From contig OZ024742.1 in NCBI GenBank assembly GCA_964016885.1, positions 37,944,001 to 38,008,000 on the forward strand: a stretch of DNA of 64,000 bases, given 5' to 3'. Made by a program: the position numbers and the translations under genes. The notes beneath the pieces were generated by a model, which saw nothing but the letters and a program-made list of their open reading frames with translations, ran no database searches and was not told the origin of the DNA. Within the stretch, counting starts at the first letter, position 1. Every line of letters starts with the position of its first letter. This DNA comes from Eledone cirrhosa (lineage: Eukaryota). Positions 38,816-50,596 of the stretch are shown here, piece by piece.

Positions 38816-39100
38816 CATCATCATCATCACCGTTTTACGTCCTTTCTTCCACGCTAGCATGGGTTAGATGAGTTGTCCTATTGTGGGCAGTAGCCGGTCG
38901 GCTGACCATGTCTTGCTCATACGGGAACTGATTCTGACTTGATTTCTACAGCTGGATGCCCTTCCTAATACCAACCTCATTTACAGTGAGTGCTGGGGCC
39001 TTTTTTTCTGTGGCGCCTACACGTTGACTTTACAGTGTGGGCTGGGTGCTTTTTTTCCGTGGCACCTCCACAACCACTTTGCAGTGGGAGGGGGTTGGGG
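38816..39100 (-). mobile_element. RTE-related 3' tail (close relative of 4429-4715)
   Basis: (CAT)n-caccgttttacgtcc...ggtcggctgaccatg...gtggcacctccac shared with 4429-4715. Confidence 0.82.
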
Positions 39101-39118
39101 TATATATATATATATATA

Positions 39119-39265
39119 TTCTTCTTATAAATTCTTTTAAATATATTTGTTACTTCGAAAACTCTAAACTCCCGCTCCTACTATCTTCGCCCCCTCCCTC
39201 TACTTCATGAGGGCTCGCGGTCAGCCACCCCAATATCTACATCATGCGGCCAAACCTATCCCCCC

Positions 39266-39316
<51 letters not shown>

Positions 39317-42300
39317 TCCCTCTCTATCTATATATATATAAGATAAACCCTTCAAGTAAATCACATTCGCCAAATTCATTGCTGCTTTCTTCACGGTATA
39401 TCATGTAACGTAATGTACACATTTTTCTACCATTTCCACACTCCATTCATATCCAGTCCAACCCTCCAATCTTGCCAAATCCTAATGTAGTTTGTCGTAT
39501 TTCCCAAACCAAAACAAATCTGTATTTTTTGTTATTGCCTGTTAAATACGAGGGTTTTTGTCGTATTAAACAAAACAAATCTTGTATTTTTGTTATCACT
39601 TGTTAAATACGAGGACCTCATTCAATCCTGACCTTCTCGCTATCTACCCAACACCCCTCCCTCCCGCCCCCACGCACCACCATTATTATTACGTGGACCA
39701 ATCATAAGCCAGAGGCCTATACTATCGCTTGCCTGATTGCCTTTCGATACATGATGGATGGATGGACTACGGAATTCTGGAGAGTGGAAGAGAGAAAAAT
39801 CTGGACACTCAGCGACAATGCCAAAGATAAAGACAAATTCACCTCGTGGATGAGAATGCGAGCACTCCTCTTTGTTTCGGCCGCGGATGGCTAACACAAC
39901 TCCATCTCCCCCCACTCCCCACCGCCCCCACCCTCCAAACGCAATCCAAAACTTCAGAGTTGGTACCATGAATGTAGGCACCTTAAAGGGTCGCTCTAAC
40001 GAGGTTGTAGAAATGCTCGAATGTAAGGAGGTCGATGTTTGTTGTAGTCAAGAGACCAGGTGGAGGGGTGGGTCTGCTAGATTCATTGAGGGTAAAAAAC
40101 GATGCTATAAGCTTTTCTGGGTGGGAAATGACGATGGGCTGGGTGGAGTAGGAATCATGGTAGCAGAAAAGTGGGCAGATAAGATAATAGACGTAAATAG
40201 AGTGAACGACAGAATAATTAAAATAAGACTTGTCCTCAATAGAACTACGGTGACAGTAATATCTGTGTACGCACCCCAATCCGGACTGCCCGGCACTATA
40301 AAAGACAGATTCTATGAGACACTGATGCTCACTACCTCCCAAATAACCGACAGTGACTATATAATTATTGCAGGCGACCTAAATAGTCACGTTGGACAAC
40401 ATTGTGACGGCTACGGTGAAATCCACGGAGGCTATGGGTTTGGTACTAGAAATGAGGAAGGCTCCAGAATCCTGGAATTCTGTGACGCAAATAACCTAAC
40501 TATCTGTAACACTAACTTCAAAAAACGTGACAATCACCTGATCACCTATAGATCCGGGGAACACACAAGCCAGGTAGATTATATCCTTACCAGAAGACGT
40601 GACAGAGTGTCTGTTGTAAACACTAAATCCCTCCCCCATGAAGAATGCACCTCCCAACATAGACTGATAATTAGCGACCTAATAGTCAGGACGAGACGTA
40701 CTAGACAACTGAAGAGGACTATCCTCAGGAGAAAAATATTGAAGCTAAAGGACCCCACAGCCAGAAATAAATTTAAAAGCATACTACTTGATGCTTTCGA
40801 CAGTAAGGAAGAGCAATTAGAGTCGTACAATATAGAGGAGCAGTGGGAATTCCTGAAAGCAAACCTGCTGATGGCGGCAGACGAAGTCTGTGGCTGGAGC
40901 AGGCCTGTAGGCAGGAGGAGAGTAACATGGTGGTGGAACAGTAAGGTGGAGGGGTCAATTAAGGCCAAAAAGCAGGCTTGGAAAGTATGGCGGGATGGGG
41001 GAAGTAGAGAAGACTATCAAGTGGCCAGGAGGGAAGCTAGGAGACACGTGTACTTCGCAAGAAGGGAAGCAGAGGAAAGAAAGTTCAAGCATGTTCTACA
41101 ACGCGAGGACCAAAAACGTGAGGTGTTCAGGATTGCTAGGCAATGTGTCAAGGAAAACCATGATATTGTCGGGGAGAAGTGTGTACTTAATGATGACGGC
41201 GTACTTGCCATCACTGACGCTGATAAGAAGGTAGCTTGGAAGTGTCACTATGAAAGGCTACTAAATGAGGAGAATAAATGGGAGAAAGACAGTCTCCCCC
41301 ACATCGACCCAATAGAGGGACCAGCAGTGTTAGTCGAGGGTAGTATAATAAGTAAGGCAATCAAGGATATGAAGACGGGTAAGGCAGCTGGGCCTTCGGA
41401 AATAGTTGCTGAGATGCTGAAGGCATCTGGCACGGTGGGACACACCATGGTCACCCGGATAGTTAACCAAGTCGTACAGAATGGGGTTGTTCCGAAGGAC
41501 TGGCGTAGCAGCATCATCGTTAACTGTTATAAGGGTAAAGGAGATGCCCTAGATAGGAGTAACTATAGAGGCATTAAATTAATCGACCAGGTCATGAAGG
41601 TCACGGAAAAAGTAATAGCGCAACTAATCAGAGAGAGAATTGACCTAGATGAAATGCAATTCGGGTTTGTGTCAGGCAAAAGTACCACAGACGCTCTTTT
41701 CATTGTACGACAACTACAGGAGAAGTACCTAGCTAAAAGTAAACCCCTTTACTTAGCTTTTGTCGACTTGGAGAAAGCCTTCGACAGAGTCCCCCGTTCC
41801 ATTATCTGGTGGGCTCTTAGAAAACTAGGTGTCGACGAATGGCTTGTGAGAGCTATACAAGCCATGTATAAAGAAACAGTCAGCAAGGTTAGAATTAACA
41901 ACGAATATAGTGAAGAGTTTAGCGTAAAAGTTGGCGTCCATCAGGGCTCTGTTCTCAGCCCCCTACTATTTATTATTGCCCTTCAGGCTATAACAGAGGA
42001 GTTCAAGACCGGCTGCCCATGGGAACTCCTATACGCAGACGACCTAACACTCATAGCTGAATCAATGGCCGAGCTAGAGAAGAAATTCCAAACATGGAAG
42101 CACGGCCTAGAATCAAAAGGCCTTAAAATTAACCTGGCTAAGACCAAAGTTCTAGTTTGTAGGAAAGAAAATAAGGCGGCGGTCCCTTCCGGGAAGTGGC
42201 CATGCTCAGTGTGTAGGAAAGGCGTAGGTAGAAACTCCATTTTGTGTCAGAAATGCAAAGTATGGGTGCATAAAAGATGTAGTGGGATCACAGGTAAGCT

Positions 42301-43349
42301 AACTAAGAACATAGATTTCACATGTGGCCGGTGCTCTGGTGCAATAAGTAGCAGCAAGTGCCCACAAAATACTAGCTCTTTCAACTGCGCAGAGGGCTCT
42401 ATAGAAATAGTGGACAGCTTCCGTTACCTGGGTGACAAAATCAGCAGTGGGGGAGGGTGCCCTGAAAGTACAGTAGCTAGAGTCAGAACTGGATGGAAAA
42501 AGTTCAGAGAGCTTATACCACTATTAGCCGCTAAAGGGTTCTCCCTAAAAATGAAAGGCAGGTTGTATGATGCCTGCGTACGAACAGCAATGTTGCATGG
42601 CAGTGAGACCTGGGCATTGTGTGCAGAGGATATACGCAGACTGGAGAGGAACGAAGCTTGCATGCTCCGCTGGATGTGTAATAGTAATATACGTGAATGG
42701 CAAAGCATAAACGATCTAAGGAAAAAGTTAGAAATAAGAGGGATCAGATGTTGTTTACTCGAGAGAAGGCTACGTTGGTATGGTCACGTGATGCGCATGA
42801 AAGTCGATAGCTGTATAACAAAGTGCAGGGCAATAAAGATAGACTGTAGCCACGGAATAGGCAGACCTAGAAAAACCTGGGACGAGCTGATAAACTCCGA
42901 CCTCACACACTTACACCTCTCCAAGACAATGTCACTGGACCGAGACCTTTGGCGGTACTCAGTAATAGAGAAGACCCGCCTTACCTAAATACATAGTAAA
43001 ACCTACTACAGTCAGTAGGCTTCTCTAACAAAATACACCCCCGTCCCACCGCCCCCTTCTATGTAAAGTTATGTTGGTGCCACACCATCCAGGCCGAAAC
43101 AAATGAGATCGTGTAGGTGTCACGACAAAAAAACACACAGTCCACGCTGTAATGTGGCCGTGTAGGCAACACGGTAAAAACCTCCCAGACCCACACTGTA
43201 AATGTGGTTGGTGTTAGGAAGGGCATCCAACTGTAGAAAACCTGCCAGACAGTCCTATGCGAGCAAGACAATCACTCTTGCCTCAAGTGGGAAAACCCCC
43301 GTCCAAACCCATGCAAGCGTGGAACACAGACGTTAAACGTTGATGATGA
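39119..43349 (+). mobile_element. Apparently full-length RTE-clade LINE
   Basis: ~770 bp 5' region with (CT)n and a ~62-bp tandem repeat, single intact ORF, 3' UTR ending cgttaaacgttgatgatga. The 5' boundary is approximate and no clear TSD was seen. Confidence 0.9.
39887..42988 (+). CDS. RTE ORF: APE endonuclease + reverse transcriptase + PHD-type zinc finger
   Basis: VGTMNVGTL, QETRW, VYAPQ, AGDLN, QVDYIL, SQH (APE); KGKGD..NYRGI, QFGF, FVDLEKAFD, GVHQGSVLSP, LYADD (RT); CxxC..CxxC..H..C..CxxC; RRLRWYGHV. No stops. Confidence 0.95.
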   Translation: MANTTPSPPTPHRPHPPNAIQNFRVGTMNVGTLKGRSNEVVEMLECKEVDVCCSQETRWRGGSARFIEGKKRCYKLFWVGNDDGLGGVGIMVAEKWADKIIDVNRVNDRIIKIRLVLNRTTVTVISVYAPQSGLPGTIKDRFYETLMLTTSQITDSDYIIIAGDLNSHVGQHCDGYGEIHGGYGFGTRNEEGSRILEFCDANNLTICNTNFKKRDNHLITYRSGEHTSQVDYILTRRRDRVSVVNTKSLPHEECTSQHRLIISDLIVRTRRTRQLKRTILRRKILKLKDPTARNKFKSILLDAFDSKEEQLESYNIEEQWEFLKANLLMAADEVCGWSRPVGRRRVTWWWNSKVEGSIKAKKQAWKVWRDGGSREDYQVARREARRHVYFARREAEERKFKHVLQREDQKREVFRIARQCVKENHDIVGEKCVLNDDGVLAITDADKKVAWKCHYERLLNEENKWEKDSLPHIDPIEGPAVLVEGSIISKAIKDMKTGKAAGPSEIVAEMLKASGTVGHTMVTRIVNQVVQNGVVPKDWRSSIIVNCYKGKGDALDRSNYRGIKLIDQVMKVTEKVIAQLIRERIDLDEMQFGFVSGKSTTDALFIVRQLQEKYLAKSKPLYLAFVDLEKAFDRVPRSIIWWALRKLGVDEWLVRAIQAMYKETVSKVRINNEYSEEFSVKVGVHQGSVLSPLLFIIALQAITEEFKTGCPWELLYADDLTLIAESMAELEKKFQTWKHGLESKGLKINLAKTKVLVCRKENKAAVPSGKWPCSVCRKGVGRNSILCQKCKVWVHKRCSGITGKLTKNIDFTCGRCSGAISSSKCPQNTSSFNCAEGSIEIVDSFRYLGDKISSGGGCPESTVARVRTGWKKFRELIPLLAAKGFSLKMKGRLYDACVRTAMLHGSETWALCAEDIRRLERNEACMLRWMCNSNIREWQSINDLRKKLEIRGIRCCLLERRLRWYGHVMRMKVDSCITKCRAIKIDCSHGIGRPRKTWDELINSDLTHLHLSKTMSLDRDLWRYSVIEKTRLT

Positions 43350-43489
43350 CCCATATACAATATGTTTATGTATAATAAACATTACATTTAGTTTTGATGT
43401 GAATATTTTAAGCTTTTATCTTATCTCAGCTACCTCAGCATTGGGATATGAGCATTGTATACATGTATTTTCAGTATTATTAATCTTGT

Positions 43490-43672
43490 AGATTGGCAGT
43501 ATCGGTAGAGGGTCGAACGCCATGCTTTCCAGCATAGTTACGTCCCTTTATGATCTGAGTTCAAATCCCGCCGAGGTTGACATTGCCTTTCATCCTTACG
43601 GGGTCGATAAAATAAAGTACCAGTAATGAACTGGGTAATTGCTGGCCTTGTGCCTAAAGTAGAAACAATTAT
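43490..43672 (+). mobile_element. tRNA-derived SINE family A
   Basis: A/B boxes; TSD-like attattaatctt on both sides. Confidence 0.86.
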
Positions 43673-46291
43673 TAATCTTCACCAGCATTTGCTTACTTAC
43701 ACCAAGACACTTAGAGTCAAAGGTAAAATAACCATAGAAAAGTGGTTTCTTTTCCATTAAGATACAAACAAACCAAAACTGGTAAATACTGCAATAACCT
43801 TTATAAGGGCAGGTCAAATCATATATTTGCTTAATTCTATTAACTATTATAACCTTGTTTTGATGAAGAAAATACAGTAAAGAAAAATCTGAGAAATTTG
43901 ACATATATGCATGAATGAATATAATCCTTTCAGATAAGATTTGCTATATGGTTAAGTGTAATGAAAACGAAAGGTTAAATAAAGCTATGAAGATTTAAAT
44001 GAGATTGAGTAACTACAGAATGTATTTTCTCTTTCATCATATACACAAATATCCAGTGCCTGGTGGAAAGATGAGCATTAGGATGATATTGATTTGCATT
44101 CTTTTAACATTTTTAATGCCCCAACTATACTGTATGTAACTGATATTTCATTTGCTTATATTTTGGTGGTGGGGGGGCTTTATAACTAGCATATATGAAG
44201 ACACTTTTGATAGGATTTGTCTATCATCTATTTTAAGCAATAAAAAAAAATATATAACTCTAAAATTATCATTGATAAAATAGATGATTGAATTTATGAG
44301 AAATGAAGTTATATAAAAAGTATCACAGAAATTAAGAAAATTTTGCTTGAGAAAATAGGAGATTGAAATTTAAAATCAAGAAGAAAAAAAATAAAAAGTG
44401 AAAAAAAAAATAAAAAAGGAATATTTCTGTAAACTACTTTCATTAAACAGATTGATTTGAACAGATCTGAACTAAATATATGAACATATAGAGAAATGGG
44501 ATGATATCTCTAGTTAGTTAACTTTGTCAATGAAATGGTAAAATTTTGAAAATAATCAAGAGCTAGGACACATTTAGTAAAATTACTTTTTCATTATTAA
44601 CCTGGTGTTTGGAACATAACTTAACAAAGATTCTTCCAGAGAATTATGATGAAAGGTTTTTAGATAAATATAAACACTTAAAAATAAACAGTTTTGTATC
44701 GATCATAAAAACAGTGGGTGGCTTCGTGTAGTTTGTGGTCAAAAGTATGAACCTCAGGTCAGGTCAGGTCAAACAGATCTACGATCAAAAGCATTCTGAC
44801 CAAGACAGTCTTTTTTTTTTTTCAGACATAGTGTAAAGTCTGAAATCTGGAGAAACAGGTGAGGGTGTGCAACAGCAAGAATTAGTTGAGAGAAAAGTTT
44901 GTAGAATGTTGATAAGGAATTTACTGGCATTCTATAAACTAGCTTTTTCAGACAGTTTATGTCACACATCATCTTTCTAATTACAAAAAAAAAAAAAAGT
45001 AGACAGTGAGTTGAGAGATATTTGGTTGCTATTTCTAGCAAGTCAGATAGCTATGTACTGGCTCTCTTATTAGAACCAGGTAATGAGAGCATTGGTATTA
45101 TATTTCTAATGAGGCATGTGCAGGTAAAAAGATTTTCTTATAAGCAACTGTACCCTGTATTTACTGATAAGCTTAAAAAGATTGAGATTATCTCATGGGC
45201 AATAAAGTTAGGTCTAGAATAGTGGTTTATTGGGGTATTTCACATACCAAAATGTCTAGAATTAGCAACAAATATAGTGAAAATGTTAAGCAGCAGGTTG
45301 GTGTTTTAGAGCAGAAGCAAAAAAAAAAGAAAGAAAAAAAAAACTTCTCATCTTCCTAATACTTGAAATATTAACGTAATTTAAAACTTAATATCATATG
45401 AAGCATTCATATACAGGTAAGTACTATAGTTAGAGAGGTAAAGCTTGAAACTTAAAAAACAAAATAAAAAAAAAGGTTGAGTTAAAGGGGCTACAAGTAG
45501 ATGTAGCTAGGTAGGCCGTTGTTTATAAAAGAGGAAAAGAAAAACTATCAAAATGGTCATAAACAAGTGTATGTGGTTAGGAAGTCAGTATTGTATATCT
45601 TGATGTACAGGAAATGTAACAGAACCTCAAGTAGACAAGCAGTGAATTAAAACTATGATACACAGGTGTACCTAATATACTGAATAGATATAATCTAAAA
45701 TCTATGCTACAATGGATCATAGCTGAATTTCTTAGACAACCTAAATAGAATTTAGAAAAAAAATGAATGAAAACATAGTTTAAAAAATTTGAAGTGACAA
45801 AATGTTCAGTAAATTCTTTCTTTTACTAAAATAGTTTATCATTTAACATACCGGCCCCACTAAAACTGCTACTGGTTCTACAGTATGAAATAGTTTGTTT
45901 TGAAGTGTTTATATTTATCTAAAAACTTGTTAAGTTATGTTTCAAACACCAGCATAATAAGTGAGAAAGCTATATCATGACATTTGTTTTTGCTCTAACA
46001 TGGTGGATACCTAAATGTATTTGTGAATGAATAATAACAATATTATTATTATAAAAATATTATCAAACTAATATTATTATTATTCACTCACGAGTACATA
46101 TATATAACGAAAATATTACATTACTATCCTACTCCAAATTCTCAATTATTTTCAAAATTATTTGAAAATTCTAGGCAATACATATTATTAGAAATATGGT
46201 AACAAAAGTTTAAGAAATAGATGAATCCTAATCTCAACTGTTTCTAAGGTTGAGTAAATCAACTACAAAAATAGGCTCTGCACTAAAGAAA

Positions 46292-46371
46292 ATAAATCAT
46301 TAAAAACAATGAAAGATTAAATGATGTATAAATCATTAAAAACAATGAAAGATTAAATGATGTATAAATCA
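46292..46371. repeat. Perfect 36-bp tandem duplication
   Basis: ataaatcattaaaaacaatgaaagattaaatgatgt x2. Confidence 0.92.
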
Positions 46372-46792
46372 AAAGTAATGCTGTAAAATAAAATATAAAC
46401 TTAAGGATGAATGTCTACAATATGCAGATAAAATTGATTTAAGCATAAACACAACATAGTTCTGAAAAAATTGATTTCTAGACTGGGCTGAGGGAATGAC
46501 TGAGTGGGTCATTGATGCCTACATACAAATGACATCTAATGTTTATAACACATGGTGAGAATTGTTTGTAAACAAACTATACTATAATAGGTAAACCCAT
46601 TGCCAGGTTTTAGTAGGGATGGGGAGCTTCGGATCATTCTGGGAGGGCAATCTAATTTGCAATATTCTAAGGTGGAGTTTTGCAATTAGTATATCACTGT
46701 AATTTTTTTTCTAAATGTGAGGGTGTATCATTGAAAAGTAAGGAGGCAGTGTCATCCAGTGCTATAGTCCCCTCCCCAGCACCAGACTCAAT

Positions 46793-47056
46793 AACAGGAT
46801 TGTTTTGCAATCCAGAAATACAAGAGTGAAAATTAGAGTAGAGTAAAGTAAGAAAAACAAAACAAGAGTTTATATTTTTATCTTATATTTCATGATAAAA
46901 ATTAATTGAAAAGGGGGTCATAATCCTGAAATGTCACGAAATATAAGGTAAAACAAAAGAAGTTTTGTTTTGTTTTTCTTACCTAACTCTACTCTAGTTT
47001 TCCATCTTGTATTTCTAACATGCATTGTACCAGCTTTTCCAAAACAATCCCAGTTA
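46793..47056. mobile_element. Fold-back MITE-like element with long imperfect TIRs
   Basis: agaaatacaaga..aaattagagtagagt..gtaagaaaaacaaaacaa mirrors ttgttttgtttttcttac..actctactctagtttt..tcttgtatttct. Confidence 0.7.
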
Positions 47057-47639
47057 CATATTTCACAATGCTTCATATAACCTAAACAGATATATGATAT
47101 AGCAGTTGTTGATAACAATCAGAGAACTGGTATACCATACTGAACATGGTTTATGATAGATAGATTTATAGTAAAAAGAAAAACAATGGCACAAGTTATA
47201 AAATAAATTATGTAAGTAAACAAATTATTAAAAAAAATAATTCACCTGACTAACATATTCTATAATGAAAAAAAAACTCACAGCTGGTGATGATGATAAT
47301 AAAGAAAACATTGAGTTTAAAATATATAAAACAACCCTATCATTTTAAATATATATTTTAAAAGCTATTAAATTTTTTTTTTCACAGTTAATCTAATAGA
47401 AAATTATTATTTCACTTTGATAATGACTTTTTAAAAAATAATTCTTTTTTTATTTTGTTTTAAATTATTTTCTCTGTGTTTGCATGGTGTGAAGTATTAT
47501 TTAAGTTTACATGACTTCTTTGACAAGGGTTTTTACACATGGACAACATATGAGTGCAGTGAGAGTGGTACTTGTGGCACAACATATCTTTAGCAAGACA
47601 TAAATTCATGACCTTTAGATTTGTAACTATTCATTTCAT

Positions 47640-47975
47640 TTTCATCATTTCATTTTACGTCCGCTTTTCCCTGCTTGCAAGGGTGGGACGGGAACTGATA
47701 CTGGCTTGATTTCTACAGCTGGATGCCCTTCCTAACACCAACCTCATTTACAGTGAGTGCTGGGTGCTTTTTTTGCCGTGGCACCTACACGACCACTTTG
47801 CAGTGGAATGATAAGGACCTCAGTCCCTAGCATCTCATTTCTACAGCTGAGTAAACTGGAGCAATGTGAAATAAAGTGTCTTGCTCAAGGAAACAACACA
47901 CCACCCGGTCTGAGAATTGAACTCACAACCTTTCGATTGCAAGGCCAATGCTCTAACCACTAAGCCATGTGCCTC
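47640..47975 (-). mobile_element. tRNA/CORE-like/RTE-tail SINE (family B), full length
   Basis: Near-identical to 36337-36657. Confidence 0.87.
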
Positions 47976-49406
47976 CATTGTTTAACCTTTTTGATACCAA
48001 ACTATGTAAAACTGACTCTGGTTCTATGATATATAACAACTTGTCCAACCCCTGCCAGCATGAAAAATTGGATGTTAAATGATGGTGATGGTGATGATAA
48101 AGTGGTATACTTAATATACAAAGGGCATTATTTAGTTATGAACTCTACTGTGTGTTTAGAATAGGTTCAGCATATTTCTGTGTTGTAACAAGCAACTAAA
48201 AGGGCTGGCACCAAGAGAATCCAGTCATTAAACATTGCCATGATGAATATGATGAAGCTTGTCAAGGAACTAGCATGGTTAACCTCTACATTAGAAGGGG
48301 AAAATGGCCTTAACCTTTCCGTTATCATATTTGGACATATTTAGTAATATAACTAAGTTTCTCACTATTAAGTTGGTATTTGGAACATAACTGAACAAAA
48401 ATTTTTACATAAAATTATGATGGAAGATTTTTACATAAATATATCTTAAAAGAAACAGCTTTGCATCTTGAATCAGGGGCAGTTTGGTATCAAAAGTTAA
48501 AATGCTTATTTTTGTTGTATCATTAAGTTATGTGAAAGCACATGGGTTAATGTGTTTGGCTCACAATTAATTCTTGGCAGTGTGTCATGTCCTTAAGCAA
48601 GAATTTATTTCACATTGCTCCACTCTGCTCAGCTGAAAAAAATAAGTTGTACCTACAATTCAAAGGACAAGCTGTTTCATACACTGTGTCATGCTAAATC
48701 TTTCTGAGAATTCTGTTAAGTGTACACATGCCTGTGGAATGCTCAGTAACATGTACATTAATTTCCTGAGCAGGCTGCTCCATTGATGAAACAACTGGAA
48801 CACTCGTCATCAGAATCAATTGAGGTTCAAAACACACACACACACTATTAAGGTTTGAACTCTTATTAAAATAGGCTACCATATCTCAAGAAAATCTGAA
48901 ATAAATGCTTTCAAAATAAATAAGATATTATAATAAGGTTATTTTAAATACAAATATTTAAAGATAATGTCTGCTTATATTTACACATCGTTGTATGTAT
49001 ATATTTGTTGGACCTCCATCAGTTCTGATGACAAGTATTCCAGTTGATTGATCAATGGAACTGCCTGCTCATGAAATTAACGTGCAAGTGGCTAAACATT
49101 CCACAGACATGTGTACTTTTAAAGTAATTCTCAAGCAGATACAGGCTGCAGTACATCATACTTGCCCAATTCTTTAATAAATATATAATTTTTAATAGGC
49201 AGGGGGAAAAAATTAATTGGTCTTAAATAAACAAAGTTTTGAAAAATAAATGTAATTATTTATTTTCTCTCTTTAATATGGTTGGATCACAACATACAAT
49301 ATTTATTTCAAAAACCTTTCTTCTGATACTGACAGACTAAAACTGAATATTTTTATTAATTTATTAATTTAATATCAAAGTTAATTCAAAGTTTGTATAT
49401 GATTAT

Positions 49407-49636
49407 AATTGTTTCTACGTTAGGCACAAGGCCAGCAATTACCCAGTGTATTACTGGTACTTTATTTTATCGATTCCGTAAGGATGAAAGGCAAAGTTAA
49501 CCTCAGCGGGATTTGAACTCAGAATGGCAAATCCCGCTGAGGTTAACTTTGCCTTTCATCCTTACGGGGTCGATAAAATAAAGTACCAGTAATACACTGG
49601 GTAATTGCTGGCCTTGTGCCTAACGTAGAAACAATT
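49407..49636. mobile_element. Fold-back (palindromic) SINE family A insertion with 17-bp TSD
   Basis: 109-bp arms 49407-49515 and 49528-49636, 12-nt loop; TSD ttgtatatgattataat at 49393-49409 and 49635-49651. Confidence 0.9.
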
Positions 49637-50524
49637 GTATATGATTATAATGATAATGAAAATTATTGTGTACAGTGCTCAGGTGCACTACAATATATGG
49701 CTGTGTAGTGAAGAAGTTTGGTTTGCAATTATGTGGCTTCAGGTTCTATCTCAGTGTGTGGCACCTTGGGCAAGTGTCTTCTAAAACAGCTTTGGATTGA
49801 CCAATATTTTCTGGGTTAAATTTGATAGATGGAAACTATATGGAATTCCAATGTATATGTGTGTATATGTGTATGTGTGTGCATGTGTTGGTGTATGTTT
49901 GCTGTTTATTTTTAGTAGTAGTTTGACAAAAAGAGATCAATAAATTAAGTACCAGACTTGAAAAAATAAATACTGGGGTTGAAATGATCAACTAAATCAC
50001 AGCGTGGCCCACAGTCTAATGACTGAAACCAGCAAAAGAATATTAAATATATACATGAAAATATTCAGAATATGAAAACATTTTTTTTTCACTTCACATG
50101 CAGTAAGAAAGAAATATTTCAAGACAATAACCACCTATTTGGATCAGAGGAAATTTTCAAACTATAGCAAACTTCAGTTTTAACTAATATATTTAATCGA
50201 GACACTTTTAGAATAATTACATCCTTTGATGTAATGAGTCCTGTTCATATCCTCTCAATGACTGTATTTCTAACAAAATTCATTATTTCAATTAATTAAT
50301 AAAAAAAACTTTGAAGAATTTACTTAAATTATTAATTATTTCATTACTAAAAGAGTAAGTTAACATATGGTTCTTGTATAAAATTATATTGGAAGATTTT
50401 AATATAAATAAGAGCCCTTTAAAATGGGCGATTGTGTTTCATAATGCCAAAGCCACTTTTGGCTGATTGGCATGAAAAGGGTTAAAAAGGCTACAGAATT
50501 ATCTTGGTTCTCATTTCCACTTAC

Positions 50525-50596
50525 CACTTCAGCTGGTGTTGATGCTTCCATGGTAACAGTCAAACGGATTTCTCCATGCATGTTATATGCCATCAT
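50525..50596 (-). CDS. Candidate alternative first coding exon of the liprin-beta gene (MMAYNMHGEIRLTVTMEASTPAEV)
   Basis: gagATGATGG start with an upstream in-frame stop, ending at a strong phase-0 GTG|GTAAGT donor compatible with the phase-0 exon at 29369; lies in non-repetitive sequence. No homology support. Confidence 0.42.

Noticed and set aside
39800-39900. HDV-like ribozyme in the RTE 5' UTR
   Set aside because: P3/L3-like ttc-acctcgt-gga and a possible P2 exist, but P1 pairing and the catalytic C-x-A-A junction could not be placed; needs a descriptor search.
47890-47975. tRNA gene
   Set aside because: A/B boxes are present, but it runs into CORE-like SINE sequence, lacks a proper acceptor stem and is multi-copy; it is a SINE head.
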